A stretch of DNA of 64,000 nucleotides, from positions 88,759,672 to 88,823,671 of the forward strand of contig NC_057720.1 in assembly GCF_004010195.1 (NCBI RefSeq), written 5' to 3'. This document shows, piece after piece, positions 37,638 to 51,473 of the stretch. Under the pieces are notes generated by a model. That model was given only the letters and a program-made list of their open reading frames with translations, did not search any database and had not been told where the DNA came from. Every line of letters begins with the position of its first letter. Position 1 is the first letter of the stretch. Made by a program: the position numbers and the translations under genes. This stretch comes from Chiloscyllium plagiosum. Taxonomy: Eukaryota.

Positions 37638-38032
37638 TTAGTTTCAGCATGACAGGAGATACTTGGAAACCCCTCCAGCTACATTGTTTCTTGAACCTTG
37701 TGGGATTCATGGTGAGAAGTTGGAAATTCTTTTGAAGGTATATATAAAAGAGCTTCCAAATGCCTCCTCATATTCGCCTGTATCTCCTCCATGATCCCTC
37801 TTTTGCTTCATATCCTCCTTATCCCCATCACTCCATGTCTCTTCCATACCCCTTCCACTCTCCCTTCCAAATGACAGAACCATAGAACCCTAAAACATGT
37901 TAATTAGCAAATGTTACAAATGGTGCATCTTGTACACTGTAAACATTGCATCTCCAGGATATTAGAAGTGGAAGGAGTGTGTATTAAATTCAGGGCAAAG
38001 ATACCAACCAAGCATTCGCTCGCCAGGTTGAG

Positions 38033-38167
38033 TTCTAAAAGGTCTTCCCTTTTCTCTAACTGTGCCCTCAGGTCCTAGTGTCTCCTACCAATGGAAACAT
38101 CTTCCCAACATCTACTCTGTCCAGACCATTCAGTATTCTGCAAGTTTCAATTAGATCCTCCCTCATC
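38033..38167 (+). repeat. 135-bp exact direct copy of 37303-37437
   Basis: Base-for-base identical, offset 730 bp. Confidence 0.95.
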
Positions 38168-39211
38168 ATGCTAGAATGCTGTTGTGGCCACATCTACCTG
38201 GGTGAGTGGTGAGTTCCTCACTGTATCTCTGACCTTTAGCCCTCTGTAGTTGAAGATAGCGTATTTCAGGAAGGTAAAGCCATTCACTGTCGAGTCCTCA
38301 ACATCTGAAATTGAAACCATCTAGCCACGGTGTGGATACGGCTGGTTCAGCTACATTTTTGACTGACTGAATTCCAATGATGTTGATGATGGGAAACACA
38401 ATGATGTTGGTTCTGTTGAAGATAAGACGGAGTGTTTTGATTCTTTGGTTGTTGAGGTGTGCATTATCTACTTTGTTCCATTATAGCTATTTGCTTCCAA
38501 CCCAATCCTTAATGTATTCTCATCCCAAAGGAAGATATACATAGACTGGTTTATCATTCCTAAAGTTTATCAAATTGCCATGAGCACATAGAACTAACCT
38601 ATGATCTCATTCTTCCTAATGTGCATCTATCATTGGCACATTCACCCTAAATTATACAGTAACAAAAGCCAATGCGTCACACTTTGCTCATCAAAACATT
38701 ATATTTACGCATTGAGATGTGAGAATTATCAGTGCGTCATACCTTATCCATCAGCCTATTCTGTTTGAGTCTCCACACTGAACAATACTGGTGTGAACAT
38801 ATTCCCTTAGAGTGCCAAAGTTAACATTGTCATATCACCCAATGCACACACACACAATGATATTGGTTGCGTCACACTGCATAAACTGCCTATGGCATTT
38901 ATGCAGTGACAATGTGAGAAATGTTACTGTGTCACATCTCTCTGTTGTGGTTATGCAGTGATGATAAGAAATGTCAATGTGTTGCACAATGCCCATTCAT
39001 CTACTTTATTTATACAGTGAGTGTTAACACTACCTTATCACACTACTGCATATACACAGTGATACTGCCTATGTTATACACAGCATCCATTATATTTCAC
39101 AGTGTGAAATGACCATTAGATAAGTCTGATGAACTGCTATCCCCCAATTGCCTTGTTCTGCAACTATCTGTTCAATTTTCCATTAATGTTATTCATAGTA
39201 TATATATTCTT

Positions 39212-40680
39212 TAGTTGAATTCATTCAAGGGGAGTGAGCATTGCTGGCTACCATATTTTACTCAATCTAATTGCCTTGAGATAGTAGTGGTGAGCTGCCT
39301 TGTTGAAACAATACAATACAGTACAGCACAGGAACAGGCCCTTTGGCTCACTAAGCCTGCACCAATTCCTAATCCTTATTTAGATCCGCTGCAGTCAATG
39401 GGATGTACGGAACCAACAATGCTGTGAGGATAGGAGTTCAAGGATTTTGTCCTGGTGACAGTGAAGGAATGATGATATGGTTCCAAATCAGTATGTTGTG
39501 TACTTTGGAGAGGAACTTGCAGTTGATGGTATTCCTAGTATCTGCTACTCTTTTCCTTCTCAGTGGTGGAGATTGTTGTCAAAGGAGCCTTGGTGAGTTG
39601 TACAGCAGGATGGTACACCCTGATGCCCCTCTGCTGGTGGTGGCAGATGTGAATATTGAATATAATGGATATGGTGCCAACCACGCAGACTGCTTTGTCC
39701 TGGATGGTGTCAAGCTTTTTGAGTGCTGTTGGAGCTGCATTCATCGAGACAAGCGGAGAGTATCCCATCTCACTTCTACCTTGTGCCTTAATGTTGATGG
39801 ACAGACATTGGGGAGACAGAAGATGAGTTACTCATTGAAATATTCCAAGCCTCTGAACTTGCCTTGTAGACATACCAAGTGTATGGTTGGTCCAGCTCAG
39901 TTCTGGTCACAAGCAACCCGGAGGATATTGATAGTATGGAATTCAGTGATGCCATTGAAAGTCAAAGGGCAATAATACATCCTCTCTTGTTGGAGATGGT
40001 CATTACCTAACATTTCTGTGATGCAAACTTTACTTGCCACTTATCAGCACAAGCATGGGCATTGTCCAGGCCTTCCTGGAAATGGAAATGAACATGGAGG
40101 GCTTCAGTATCTGAGAAGTTTAAATGGTACAGAACATTTTGTAACAATTGTCAAACATCCCCGTTCCTGGCTGTATGGAAGAGGGAAAGTCAATAATAAA
40201 GCAGCTGATGATTATTGGGCAGAGGTCACTACCCTGTGGAACTCCTACAGTGATGTCCTAGAGCTCAGATGCTTGGTCTCCAACAACCACAACCAACTTC
40301 CTCTGGGCCAGGTATGGCTCCAACCAGCAGAGGCTTTTCCCCAGTTTGCATTGACTCCAGTTTTGCTAGGGTTCTCTGATGCCATATTTAGTCAAATACA
40401 GCCTTGATGTCATGATGGTCACTCTCGCCTCATGTCTGGACTTCAGCTCCGTTGTACAGGTTTGAATCACGGCTATAATGAGGCCAAGAGCTGATTTGGC
40501 TCTGACAGAAACCAAACTCTGTGTCAGTGAGCAGATCACACCTACACAAGTGCTGCTTGATGTTTTGACTATTACCTCTTCCTCTCTCAGCTGATGATTG
40601 AGAAAAAGATAAGTTGGTAATTGTCCAGTTTAGATTTGTTCTACTGTTTGTGGAGAGGATACTTCTGTGCAATTATCTGT
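39212..40680 (-). mobile_element. old CR1-type LINE (second family), RT to 3' end, with a short LINE tail inserted at about 39310-39385
   Basis: Minus ORF GYSPLVSMNAAPTALKKLDTIQDKAV; the 3' end matches the tails at 4240-4410 and 63600. Confidence 0.8.
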
Positions 40681-40999
40681 GTTTTAAAGTAGATGACATT
40701 ATTGTAACTGCACTGAAACAGCTTAGTTCGGAAGGCAATGAGTTCTGGAACGTAACACTTCAGCCTGTTGCCAGTCATATGGTTTGCACCCTCGGCACGA
40801 TGATTTGTTATATTTTGTCAGTCTTAACTCGGTGCTGGCATTTCATCTTCTAAGAATACCATGGTCCAAGCCCAACTCCTGACACCTGAACACATGACAG
40901 TAGTGGATTGCAGAAGATGGGCTGCAGAGTTGAAGGGATTGTCTTTTGGAAAGAGTTCAGACTTCCCTTACAGAAGATAAAATAACTCTGAATCATAAA

Positions 41000-41625
41000 A
41001 AAAAATTACAGAATGCACACATAGCTAGTGATTAGGAAGAGAAATGGAATGTTGTTGTTTGTCGTGAGGGAACACAAAAGTGGTGAGGTTTGACAATGGT
41101 TGTACTGAGCTTTGGCTAAACTATATCAACAGCTTGGAATACAGTTTTGGTCTCCTTATGAAAGAAAGGACATAATTCAATGTAATTAGTTTGGAGAAGG
41201 TTTATTCAAATGAATCGTTAGATGGGTCAGGGGATTAGGTGAGGATGTTTAGAGAGCTGAAGCCAGCATCCTTGATGTTTAGAATAGCGAGAGGTGAATT
41301 TATCGAAAGGTAAAAGATCCTGAAGGATGCAGAGATGGTGCTTCCCTTATGGAAGAAACCAGAACTACAGGACTAAAACGGTCTCCCCTTTAAGATGGAG
41401 ATAAAGAAGAACAGATTCCCTTAGTCTGTGAAATTCCTTTTCCAAGTGAGCAGTGGCGACTGGGTCATTGAATTTTCTTTAAGATAAATTCTTGATTGAC
41501 AAGGGAGTCAAAGGAATAGGTGGTAGGCAGGAAAGCAGGGTTGAGGCTATAATTGGATTGGCTCTGGTCTTTGAGAATGGCACAGCGAGCTCCAGTGGCT
41601 AAAAGGCCTACTCATGTTCCTAATT
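41000..41625 (+). mobile_element. old CR1 LINE 3' portion
   Basis: Degenerate acagttttggtctccttat...gaggtgaatttatcgaa...ccctttaagatggagat...ggcctactcatgttcctaattt. Confidence 0.7.
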
Positions 41626-42552
41626 TGTAACATAATTCATAGTCCTGTTGAGTGGAATGCCAAGCTATCTTGCTGGTCTTGGCCAGCATTAATGGCACAA
41701 GTTTGCATTTCAGGATCAGAAAGACCTGTTTCTGGTGGGTGGAGGTGGGAGGGGGTTGGGAGAGAGGCCAGTTTTGGGAGAGTTTGGAATGGTATGTGAG
41801 TAAGGATAGCAAGATACCAGGGGGATGAGAGGTCAGCATGGCATGTGAGTAAGCATGAGTGTGGGGTACGGTGCCAATTAAGTGAGAGGTTAGGAGTGTA
41901 GGTTGGCAGGCTGGTTGAGAGTAGTAGAATACCAGATGGTTGAGTGCCTCATTGCCAGTTGGGTGAATGGTACAGGTGCCCAGTTGTAGAAGGATAGGAT
42001 GTCAGGCAAGTGGATAAGTGTTAAGGAACTGCATCCATGAAGGAGCTGTTAGGTTGGGTGGGGAGAGACAGTATCATGTCAGGATTGGTGGGTGAGTGAG
42101 TGGTGGGGAGGTGGGGGTGTGGAATGGCGGGATTAGTAGGAGGTCATTGGGCGTGGAGGGTATGAGGTTGGTGAGTGAGTGGTTTTGGGTTAGAGAGAGT
42201 GCTGTTGATGGGGAGTGGGACGGGGGTGCATGAGGATTGAATTGATTTTTAAAGCAGGTTTTAGTCCTCCAACATATCCCGGGCACCAATCTTTAGTCAT
42301 TGAGAACCCTCCAAAATGTCTGACGCTAACTCAGAATAAGAGGCATGTTTGGGAGGATTACAAATATTCAATTTCCGGCGCAATTCCTGATGGATCAATT
42401 GCATCAGATATTCCGCAGGGTCCAGACACCTAACTCGAGTTTACCATGCTGAAACAACTACCTCTCTGGGCCATTCATTCAAAGAACATCACAGATTTTC
42501 TGGTTGGTCAATCCTTTGTTGGTTATTGGATCTTGCCATACCTACATGATCA

Positions 42553-42628
42553 ATGGCTTATGCCCAAAGTGTCGATTCTCCTGCTCCTCGGATGTTGCCT
42601 GATCTGCAGTGCTTTTCCAGTGCCACAT
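42553..42628 (+). mobile_element. PLE terminal-repeat fragment (family A) inside a decayed Deu-domain-like SINE (about 42440-42725)
   Basis: ggcttatgcccaaagtgtcgattctcctgctcctcggatgttgcctga. Flanks aacatcacagattttctgg and gactacatttcaaaagtgctt resemble the Deu-SINE domain; that part is weak. Confidence 0.65.
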
Positions 42629-43649
42629 GCTGACTAGGTAATCGACGTTGCAATGATGACTACATTTCAAAAGTGCTTGCAAACTATTTTAGGAAGTCCC
42701 GAAATACTGATGGGCATTGAAATGCTTCAATGTGTGACAGAATTTGCTTGAATTCGAATGGGATCCATCAGCTCTATGTTGAGTGCCATGGAATGTCCCT
42801 CAGTTAAAGTCGTGACATGGGGACAGCACAACCATTGATAAAGACAAATACAGACCACTTGGAAAGAACAACCAATTGCCTCTTCAAATTTTTTGATACG
42901 GTTCCACGAATCGGTCAAATTACGGCTGGATACAGCGCAAATGATGGCAACAATTACTGGCTTTGCATCAGCTGGGACTCAGCAGCAACGTAACACCCAT
43001 GTTACTAATCTGCATTGGGCAGCTAAATGCCTGCTCTGTGTCTATATACTGCCAGCTGGCAAGGGCCCACCTCACTGATGGCTGCGATTTCTGCTGTCAT
43101 TTTGGCTTTGATACCTGTGAATGGTAACAAAAACAAACAAGTGCCCCATGAGGTAGTCCCTGTCAGCACTGGAGGCAGCAGTTGCAAACAGAAAGGTCAG
43201 CTCACTGGGCAGACACTAGTCAGGTATAGTTGCAACAGGTTATGCTGAAAGGATCAGTGCAGACCACAAATGTCCAGGTCTTCCCTATCACTGCAATGGA
43301 TTGGTAAAGAGAGGAACAAGGGTAACTTGGATAGAGATTCTGCAGTTACCATTTGGCTGTCCTTGAGATTCAGGACTTGCTTTCCACTAGTAACTAATAT
43401 ACTCTACACCATGATCCCAGCTGAAGATAATACTAGACAAATCAGATCCCAGAATGAGCCATAGCTTGCTAGATCATGAGTTTAGTTTTTGCATTTAGTT
43501 ACAGTTATGTTAGTCACTGGATATACAAGTGTGCCAAAGTTCTCTAACACAAGCACACAAGTTTATGACACAAAAAATGCAAAATAAAAACTCCGCTCAC
43601 ACCATTCCCATTATCTTTTGACACCGTTAACCACATGGGATTAGTTTGC

Positions 43650-43757
43650 AATTATCTCTCCACCTATAAATTCTGAGCCTGTGCGCTTCCTTACCTGACA
43701 AAGGAGCAGTGCTCCGAAAGCTTGCGATTTTAAATAAACCCATTGGACTATAACCTG
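43650..43757 (+). mobile_element. PLE terminal-repeat fragment (family B-related) with hammerhead motif
   Basis: ctgacaa-a-ggagc-agt-gctcc-gaaa-gc-tt, then aataaacccattggactataacctg. Confidence 0.75.
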
Positions 43758-43945
43758 AGGATAGGATAGGGGGATGTGACTGGGTGGGTCACTCTTCGCC
43801 GGGGGGGGTCAGTGTGGACTCAATGGGCCGAATGGCCTGCTTCCACACTGTAGGGATTCTATCAGATCAGCCATGACCTTATTGAATGTCAGAGCAGACC
43901 TGATGGGCTGAATGGCGTACTTCTGCTTCTACACATCCTATAGTT
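43758..43945 (+). mobile_element. HE1 SINE 3' part fused to a CR1 3' tail
   Basis: gggccgaatggcctgcttccacactgtagggattctat (to 43862), then cagatcagccatgaccttattgaatg...cctatag. Confidence 0.75.
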
Positions 43946-44204
43946 TTACAGTCTAAAGCAACAACACAGAACCCAACTTTTCCCAAAAAATAACTTTTTT
44001 CATATTCTAATCCCCCAGAAATATCAAAGCTGTCTAAATCATTACATTGCTTCCTTAACTGAATCCTTTCAGTTTTACTTCTTAGAATGCTGAAGCTATT
44101 TTAAGACTATACACCTCACCCATGGCTGTAAGTGATCCAAATATCGCTGCTAGGAATGCCGCAATTTCCTCGCTAAATTCCAACAGTGTCCTGGGATACA
44201 CTTA

Positions 44205-45492
44205 GAGTCATAGTCATAGAGTCATAGAGACGTACAGCATGGAAACAGACCTTTCGGTTCAACCTGCCCAAGCCGACTAGATATCCCAACCCAATCTCGT
44301 CCCACCTGCCAGAACCTGGCTCGTATCACTCCAAACCCTTCCTATTCATATACCCATCTAAAAGCCTCTTAAATGTTGAAATTGTACCAGCCTCCACCAC
44401 TTCCTCTGGCAGCTCAGTCCATACATGTACCACCCTCTGTGTGAAAAAGTTGCCCCTTTTAGGTCTCTTTTATGTCTTTCCCTCTCACCCTAAACCTATG
44501 TCTTCTAGTTCTGGACTCCCCCAACCCAGGGAAAAGACTGTCTACTTATCCTATCCATGCCCCTCATAATTTTGTAAACCTCTACAAGGTCACCCCTTAG
44601 CTCCAGGGAAAATAGCCTTAGCCTATTTAACTCTCCCAATAGCTCAACTCCTCCAACCCTAGCAACATTCTTGTAAATCTTTGTAAATCCCATTGTAATC
44701 TGAGGTAACCTACTTCGTTGACCACTACACCTCCAATATTGGTGTCATCTGCAAACTTACTAACTGTACCTCTTATGCTCGCATCCAAATTATTTATATA
44801 AATGATGAAAAGTAGTGGACCTAGCACCGATCCTTGTGGCACTCCATTGGTCACAGGCCTCCAGTCTGAAAAACAACCCTCCACCACCACCCTCTGTCTT
44901 CTACCTCCTAGTTAGTTCCGTATCCATATGGCTAGTTCTCCCTGTATTCCATGAGATCTGATCTTGCTAACCAGTCTCCCATGGGGAACCTTACTGAAGT
45001 CCATATAGATCACATCTACTGCTCTGCCCTCATCAATCCTCTTTGTTACTTCTTCAAAAAACTCAATCAAGTTTGTGAGATATTATTTCCCATGCACAAA
45101 GCAATGTTGGCTATCCCTAATCAGTCCTTGCCTTTCGAAATACACGTACATCCTGTCTCTCAAGATTCCTTCCAACAACTTGCCCACCACCGATGTCAGG
45201 CTCACCGGTCTATAGTTCTCTGGCTTGTCCTTACCACCCTTCTTAAACAGTGGCACCACGTTAGCCAACCTCCAGCTTTCTGGCACCTAACCTGTGATTA
45301 TCGATGATACAAATATCTCATTAAGAGGCCCAGCAATCACTTCCCTAGCTTCCCATAGAGTTCTCAGGTACACCTGATCAGGTCCTGGGGAGTTTTCCAC
45401 TTTTATGTGTTTCAAAACATCCAGCACGTCCTCCTCTGTAATATGGACATTTTTCAAGATGTCACCATTTCCCTCCATTCTATATCTTCCAT
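44205..45492 (-). mobile_element. HER1/CR1 LINE RT fragment with 3' tail and internal deletions
   Basis: Minus ORFs ENYRPVSLTSVVGKLLE, GVPQGSVLGPLLF, SKFADDT; (gtcataga)n tail. Confidence 0.95.
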
Positions 45493-45714
45493 GTATCTTT
45501 TCATAGATTTTGCTGGAGACCAGCAGAAGACAGTAAAAGGTTCTTTTACACCTTAACTATGTGAATGTCAACAATCAGGTCAAATATGGGCCCCTGACTA
45601 ACATCTATTCCCCTCAATTCCCTCTACCCTCAGCTGATGAATCAGTCCTGTTCCCTGTTGAATGCCACTTAAGCGTAGTACTGAGGGTGGCAATGACACA
45701 GATTGGGTTCTGGA

Positions 45715-47510
45715 AAGGGGCTTCAGTATCCACCACCAAATGTGGCCTGAAAGTGCCACCACCGACCAATCTCTGAAAGACAAACTGCACAAAAAGGTCT
45801 GCAGCAGGTGATTTGGAAACCAACAAGTGGGAAAGACTCACTTGACCTTATCCTCACCAAATATCTGTTACAGATGCACATTTGTCCTTGACAAAATTGA
45901 ACTGCACAGTCTTTGTGAAAATGCTGCCCCATGGTCAAACTGAATACTCTGCCTATCGTGTCATGTGGCATGAACTCTGCATTAAATGAGTTAGTTTCAT
46001 AAAGATTTAGCACCTCAAAACTCGCCATCCATTTGATATTGTGGGACGTGAGTCATAGCAGATTTGTATTCAAACACAATCTATACCTCCATTGGCCTGA
46101 TATATCCCTTACTCAACCATCATTATTAAAAGAAGGGACCAATCTTGGTTGGATGAATAGTGCAAGGAGACATGCATGCGAAAATGAGATCTTGACTCAA
46201 GGGTGATAAAACACGGGGTTACTCGCTTTGTAAACAGCAAATGCAGGATGTAATAGACAGAGCAAAGAGATCCCAAAACCACAAGATCAAATCAAAGCCT
46301 TGCAGCCCTTTCATATTCTGTCATGAATGGTGGTGGATAAATAAATAACTCACTAGAGGAGGTGGCTCCACAAATACCTCTAATCTCAATGTTGGGGGGA
46401 GCCCAGCACATCAGTGAAAAGGGCTGGACTGAAGGATTTACTACTATCTCTCACCAGAAGTGCCAAGTGGATGATCCATCTTGGCCACATCTTCAGATCC
46501 CCAGCATCAGAGATACCAATCTTCCTCCAATTTCATTAATATACATGATATCAAGAAGCAGTTTAAGACACTGAATGCTTCGAAGATTAAGTGCCCTGAT
46601 GACATTTCTGGCAATATTACTCATGATTCATGCTCCAGAACTAGCCCTGTACTTGAACTGAACTGTTCTGGTACAACTATGGCACTGGCAAATACCCAAC
46701 TATGTGCAAAATTGCTCAGTTCTGTACACAGAATGCAAAATAAATCCAGGTTGGGCACATACCACAATATCAGTTTGCTCTTAATGATCAGTTAAATGAT
46801 GAATGTGTCACCAACAGTGCTTTTAAACTACATATCTGTCATAAAAGCTGTCAGCCAAGCTGAGTTTGGGTTGCATTATGGCCACTCATTTCTTGACTTT
46901 ATTAGACCCTTAGTCCAAACATGAACAAAAGAAATGAACGCCAGAGGGAAGTGAGGGTAACTGCACTTGTCTTCGAGGTATGTGAGGACAAATGTGGCTT
47001 CAAAGAATCCTGGTAAACATGAAGACAAGGGAAAACTCCCTGCTGGTTGGATTCATACCTGACACAAAGGAAGATAGTTGTGGCTGTTGGAGATCAATCA
47101 TGTCAGCCCCTGGACCAGCATACTGGAGTTTCTCAGGGTAGTAACCTAGACTGAACTATCTTCAGGCTACTTCATCAATTACCTTCCCGCCATCACAAGG
47201 TTAGATGTGGGACGGTTGATGATAAATGTACAATGTTCAGCACTATTTGTAGTTTCTGCATTGCAGTCTGTGGAAACACCATCTCCTGCAGGTTTCCCTC
47301 CAAGCCACCCACCATTCTAACTTGGAGCTATATCACTGTTCTTCCACTGCCACTTGTCCAAGGTCTTGGCACTCCCTTTCTAATGAGACTAGAGATTACA
47401 TTTGAGTTGCAATACCACAGTTCACCCTACCCCTCCTCAAGGGCAATTAGGGATGGCTAATAAGTGCTTGTGTATCCAGTGATACCCACATCCTACAAAA
47501 GAATGCAAAT
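45715..47510 (+). mobile_element. old CR1-type LINE (second family), endonuclease to 3' end
   Basis: Degenerate LDLILT endonuclease motif (cttgaccttatcctcacc), YHNISLL RT motif, 3' tail caagggcaattagggatggctaataagtgc. Confidence 0.75.
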
Positions 47511-48813
47511 ATTAAAATAATTTCTATTATTGATATGTCAGGAGTTTGCGAAACTACAAGGACTCATGTCAAAGGTCAGTCCCACTTGCTATAAACAGCC
47601 ATTATCCAAATGACCTAGGATTGTATCTCAGCATTATTGAGGAGTCCCAACGATCTATTCAGCTCTTCATTGCAAGACATTGGAGTTCAATTTTGCTCCT
47701 GCTCAACATTCATGCAATTAAACTGTCCAATAGATGTCAAAATCAGACAACAACATGTTGGATATACAATTAAAATATCAGCTTCAGGAAGGCTGAAGAC
47801 AAACTGTAACAGCCTCCTCATACCCTATTTCACTAAGATCAGTTCAGCAAGACAAGAATCTGGAACCTTGTATGCCTGTGTGGCTGCAATCCATGACAGC
47901 TGGTATATTGACGCAAATTCTTGTTGCATATTTGTTCGTCATTGCTTTTCAGTGTTGACAGAAGCGCCATTTGATCCTCATTTGATCATCTGTGCTGTTC
48001 TGCTCTTGAACTGTTATTTCCATTCTTTAAACACCAATTACTTTTGAAGCAAGTCTTGAAATTAACAACATCCTCTAGCGAGTGACACTTGGCTGGATGT
48101 CTTGCACTGAGGGTGTTGAATAATTTAGCTGTAAGTCATTTCCGATAAGTGCGACAGGACACAGAGCTGCACAGTTCACGAGGTGAAATTGAATTCTATT
48201 TTGTTCATGTTATTGAGGTGACCTTTTAGGTGTAATTTTTCAGTGGTGTTAAATCTTAAAAACCTAAACATCTCTCATGGCCCTTTGGAGAGACAAAACG
48301 ACAATCTATGAGGAAAGAGTCTAAAACCTTCTTTTACACAGTCTCTTTTCCCAGCCTCCTTTCCAAACAAATTGTATAGTGTTATCTCAGACTAAATGAC
48401 CGATCTTGATGGGTAAAGTTAGGCAATGAGGAAAAGCAGATTTGTTGGGTGATAAGGATCTTTGAAGCTCGGCTGATCCTGTCTGACCTAGTGTCTGTGG
48501 AATCAAAGTGTGTAGCGGGAGTGACTGAATAGTGAACAGGATCCCAAATTAAATCTGCATTTTCCTTATCTACTTGGAGTGACATTCTACCCTGTCCAGC
48601 TGCTAATGTTGTTCAGGCGAGACCATATAACTCACCATAGAATTCCTGCTCTGAATGCCGCAATATTTGTCTGTGTTACTCGCCCTTAAGGCATCATATT
48701 GGAATGAAGTGTTCAAGAAATATATAATAGCTGCCATTGCTAAGTAAATTTGATCAAGTGCTGCAAAAACATGCTTCAGTCACAGCATTATAGATTTTCA
48801 TGAAGGTGTATGA

Positions 48814-49147
48814 TCATAGAAGCCCTACAGTGTGGAACCAGGCCATTCAGTCCATCAAGTCCACACTGACCCTCTGAAGAGCATCCCAACCCTGTCCCCT
48901 ACCCTTTCCCTACATTTCTTATGGCTAATCCACCAAGCCTGCACAACCCTGGACACAATGGGTGAGTTAATATAGTGAAGCCACCTAACCCGCACATCTG
49001 GATTGTGGGAGTAAACCAGAGCACCCAGAGGGAATTCACACAGTCACGGGGAGAATATGCAAACTCCACACGGGCCAGTAACCCAAGGGTAGAATCAAAC
49101 CTGGGTGTCTGGCACTGTGAGGCAGCAGTGCTAACCACAGAGCCAAC
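48814..49147 (-). mobile_element. HE1-type SINE
   Basis: ccctacagtgtggaa tail through gtgaggcagcagtgctaaccac head. Confidence 0.9.
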
Positions 49148-49762
49148 CTTGTATCAGGTATGACTATCATTAAGGAATTTAGATTTTTAAAGTAGAGGCT
49201 TTTGGGTTTTGGCTTAAGTTCTGTGAAGGTATTTTTTTTTCACTTGAGTTCAAGATGTCATTCAGAAAACTGCCATAAAAGCATCATCCCCAAGAAAGCA
49301 TGTGACTTATTAATTGTGCAGCCAGATATCTGTGGGGTTCAATGATGGAGTGTTTGCACTGCAGAGTTTCTGGCGTGCAGAGAAACAAATGATCAGAGGC
49401 CACTAGTGGTTTAGTCAGAGTTCAGTGTAGAAGAATGAGGTTTCAGTTTTCACCCTAACAGGAGGATGAGGTCTGCAGGGCAGGAGAACAGCTTCACCCT
49501 CGCAGAAAGGCAGTTTCATTTGTGAAATGTCCAAGTTGTGCAGATCTGTATGGAGGTTTTCAAGCTGTCAGTCAGAGCTGAAAAGAACTTTAGGTTGTTG
49601 GAATTGGAAAGTAGTCAGGGAGTCATAGAGTCAGAGTCATACAGCACAGAAGCAGACCCTTCAGTCCAACTTGCCCATGCCGACAAGTTTCCCAAACTAA
49701 ACTAGCCCCACTTGTTTGCTTTTGGCCATATCGTTTTAAACCTTTCCTGTTTATGTACCTGT

Positions 49763-49902
49763 TGAAACTTTATTGCTGGAACAGCACAGCAGGTCAGGCA
49801 GCATCCAGGGAACAGGAGATTCGACGTTTCGGGCACAGGCCCTTCTTCAGCAATAAAGTTTCAACTTTGATCTCCAGCATCTGCAGACCTCACTTTCTCC
49901 TA
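49763..49902 (+). mobile_element. PLE fold-back insertion (family A); hammerhead core intact on the minus strand at 49819-49850
   Basis: TSD tttatgtacctgt at 49750-49762 and 49903-49915. Minus strand reads CTGAAGA-A-GGGC-CTGT-GCCC-GAAA-CG-TC-GAAT. Confidence 0.9.
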
Positions 49903-50639
49903 TTTATGTACCTGTCCAACTGTCTTTTAAATGTTGTAACTGTACCTGCACCTACCACGTCCTCTGGCATCTCATTCCACACACGAATCATTCTCTGTGT
50001 GAAAAAGTTGCCCTTCAGGTCCCTTCTAAATCATTCTCCTTTCACCTTAAAAATATGCCCCCAGTTTTGATCTCCCCCACCCTAGGGAAAAGACCTTTGC
50101 TGTTCAGTTTAGCCATGCCCCTCATGATTTTATACACCTCCACATGGTCACCCCTCAACCTTCTGCACTCAAGTGAAAGAAGTCCCAGACTGCCCTTCAG
50201 TCCTGTCAAATCCTGGTAAATCTTTTCTGAATCCATCCAATTTAATAATATCCTTCCAATAACAGGGCCACATGAACTGCACACAGTACACTAAGAGTGG
50301 CCTCACCAACATTCTGCACAACTATAATATGACATCCCAACTCCAATTCTGAGCAACAAAGGGAAGTGTGCTAAATGCATTCTTCATCTCCCTGTTTACC
50401 TGTGCAGCAACTTTAAAAGAACAATGCACCTGCTCCTCCAGGACTCTCTGTTTAACAATTCAACCCAGGGCCCTACCATTAACTGCATTAGTCCTACCCT
50501 TGTTTGTCTTACCAAAATGCAAAATCTCACATTTATCCAAATTAAACTCTTTCTGCCACTCTTCATCAGCCCCATTGAACAAGATCCCTTCGAAATCTTA
50601 GGTAATCTTCTTCACTGTCAACTATACCATCAATTTTAA

Positions 50640-50955
50640 GGGTGGCACAGTGGTTCAGTGGTTAGCACTGCTGCCTCATGGTGCCAAGGACCCGGGTTCA
50701 ATTCCAGCTTTGGGCAACTGTCTGTGTGGGGTTTGCATGTTCTCCCTGTCCCTGTATGGGTTTCCTCTGGTGCTCCGGTTTCCTCCTGCAATCCAAAGAT
50801 GTGCAGGTCAGGTGAATTGGCCATGTAAAATTGCCTAAAGTATTCAGGGATGTGTAGGTTAGGTGCATTAGTCAGGGGTAATGTAAAGTAATAGCGCAAG
50901 AGAATAGTTCTGGGTGGGTTACTCTTCAGAGGGTTGGTGTGGACATGTTGGTCCT
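50640..50955 (+). mobile_element. HE1-type SINE
   Basis: Head gggtggcacagtggttcagtggttagc; B-box gggttcaattcc. Confidence 0.9.
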
Positions 50956-51473
50956 GCACTGACCTCACCATGTGCTTCCTTTGTCTGTTCTTCTCCCTTT
51001 TAAAAGTGCTGTTGTTTTAACTTTCTTTTTCTCCAAAGTTCCAAAACAATGCAACAGCATATAAAACAGTAATTGCTGCTCCTGGAATTTGAGGAAATGC
51101 TTGATCAAGTCCCAGAGATATATCCACTTTCATGATTTTTAAGACGTCCAGCACTTCCTCTTCTGTAATATGGACTTTTTTTAAGGCACCATTATTTCTT
51201 CACTGGCCTCCATTTTTTTCTCCACAGTAAAACCTAGCACAAAATATTCATTTAGTATCTCTCCCATCTCCTGTGGATGCACACATAGACGGCCTTGCTG
51301 AACCTTAAGAGGCCCTATTATTCCTTAGTTGCTCTGAATGTACTTGGAGAATCTCTTCGGCTTATCCTTATTCTTATCTGCCAAGGCTATCTCCTTTTTG
51401 CCCTCCTGATTTCGAGAGAGAGAGATAGAAAGAAACCCACACTGCTAACTGAGAGAGTTAAGAGTTACTGCCT

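Larger units (their letters stand above)
49620..51410 (-). mobile_element. fragmented HER1/CR1 LINE (pieces about 49620-50638 and 51100-51410) with nested PLE and SINE
   Basis: agtcatagagtc tail; minus ORF RRLRGDHVEVYKIMRG; 51100-51200 resembles 45370-45470. Confidence 0.8.

Noticed and set aside
39403-39975. 190-aa ORF
   Set aside because: It is the antisense frame of a decayed LINE RT.
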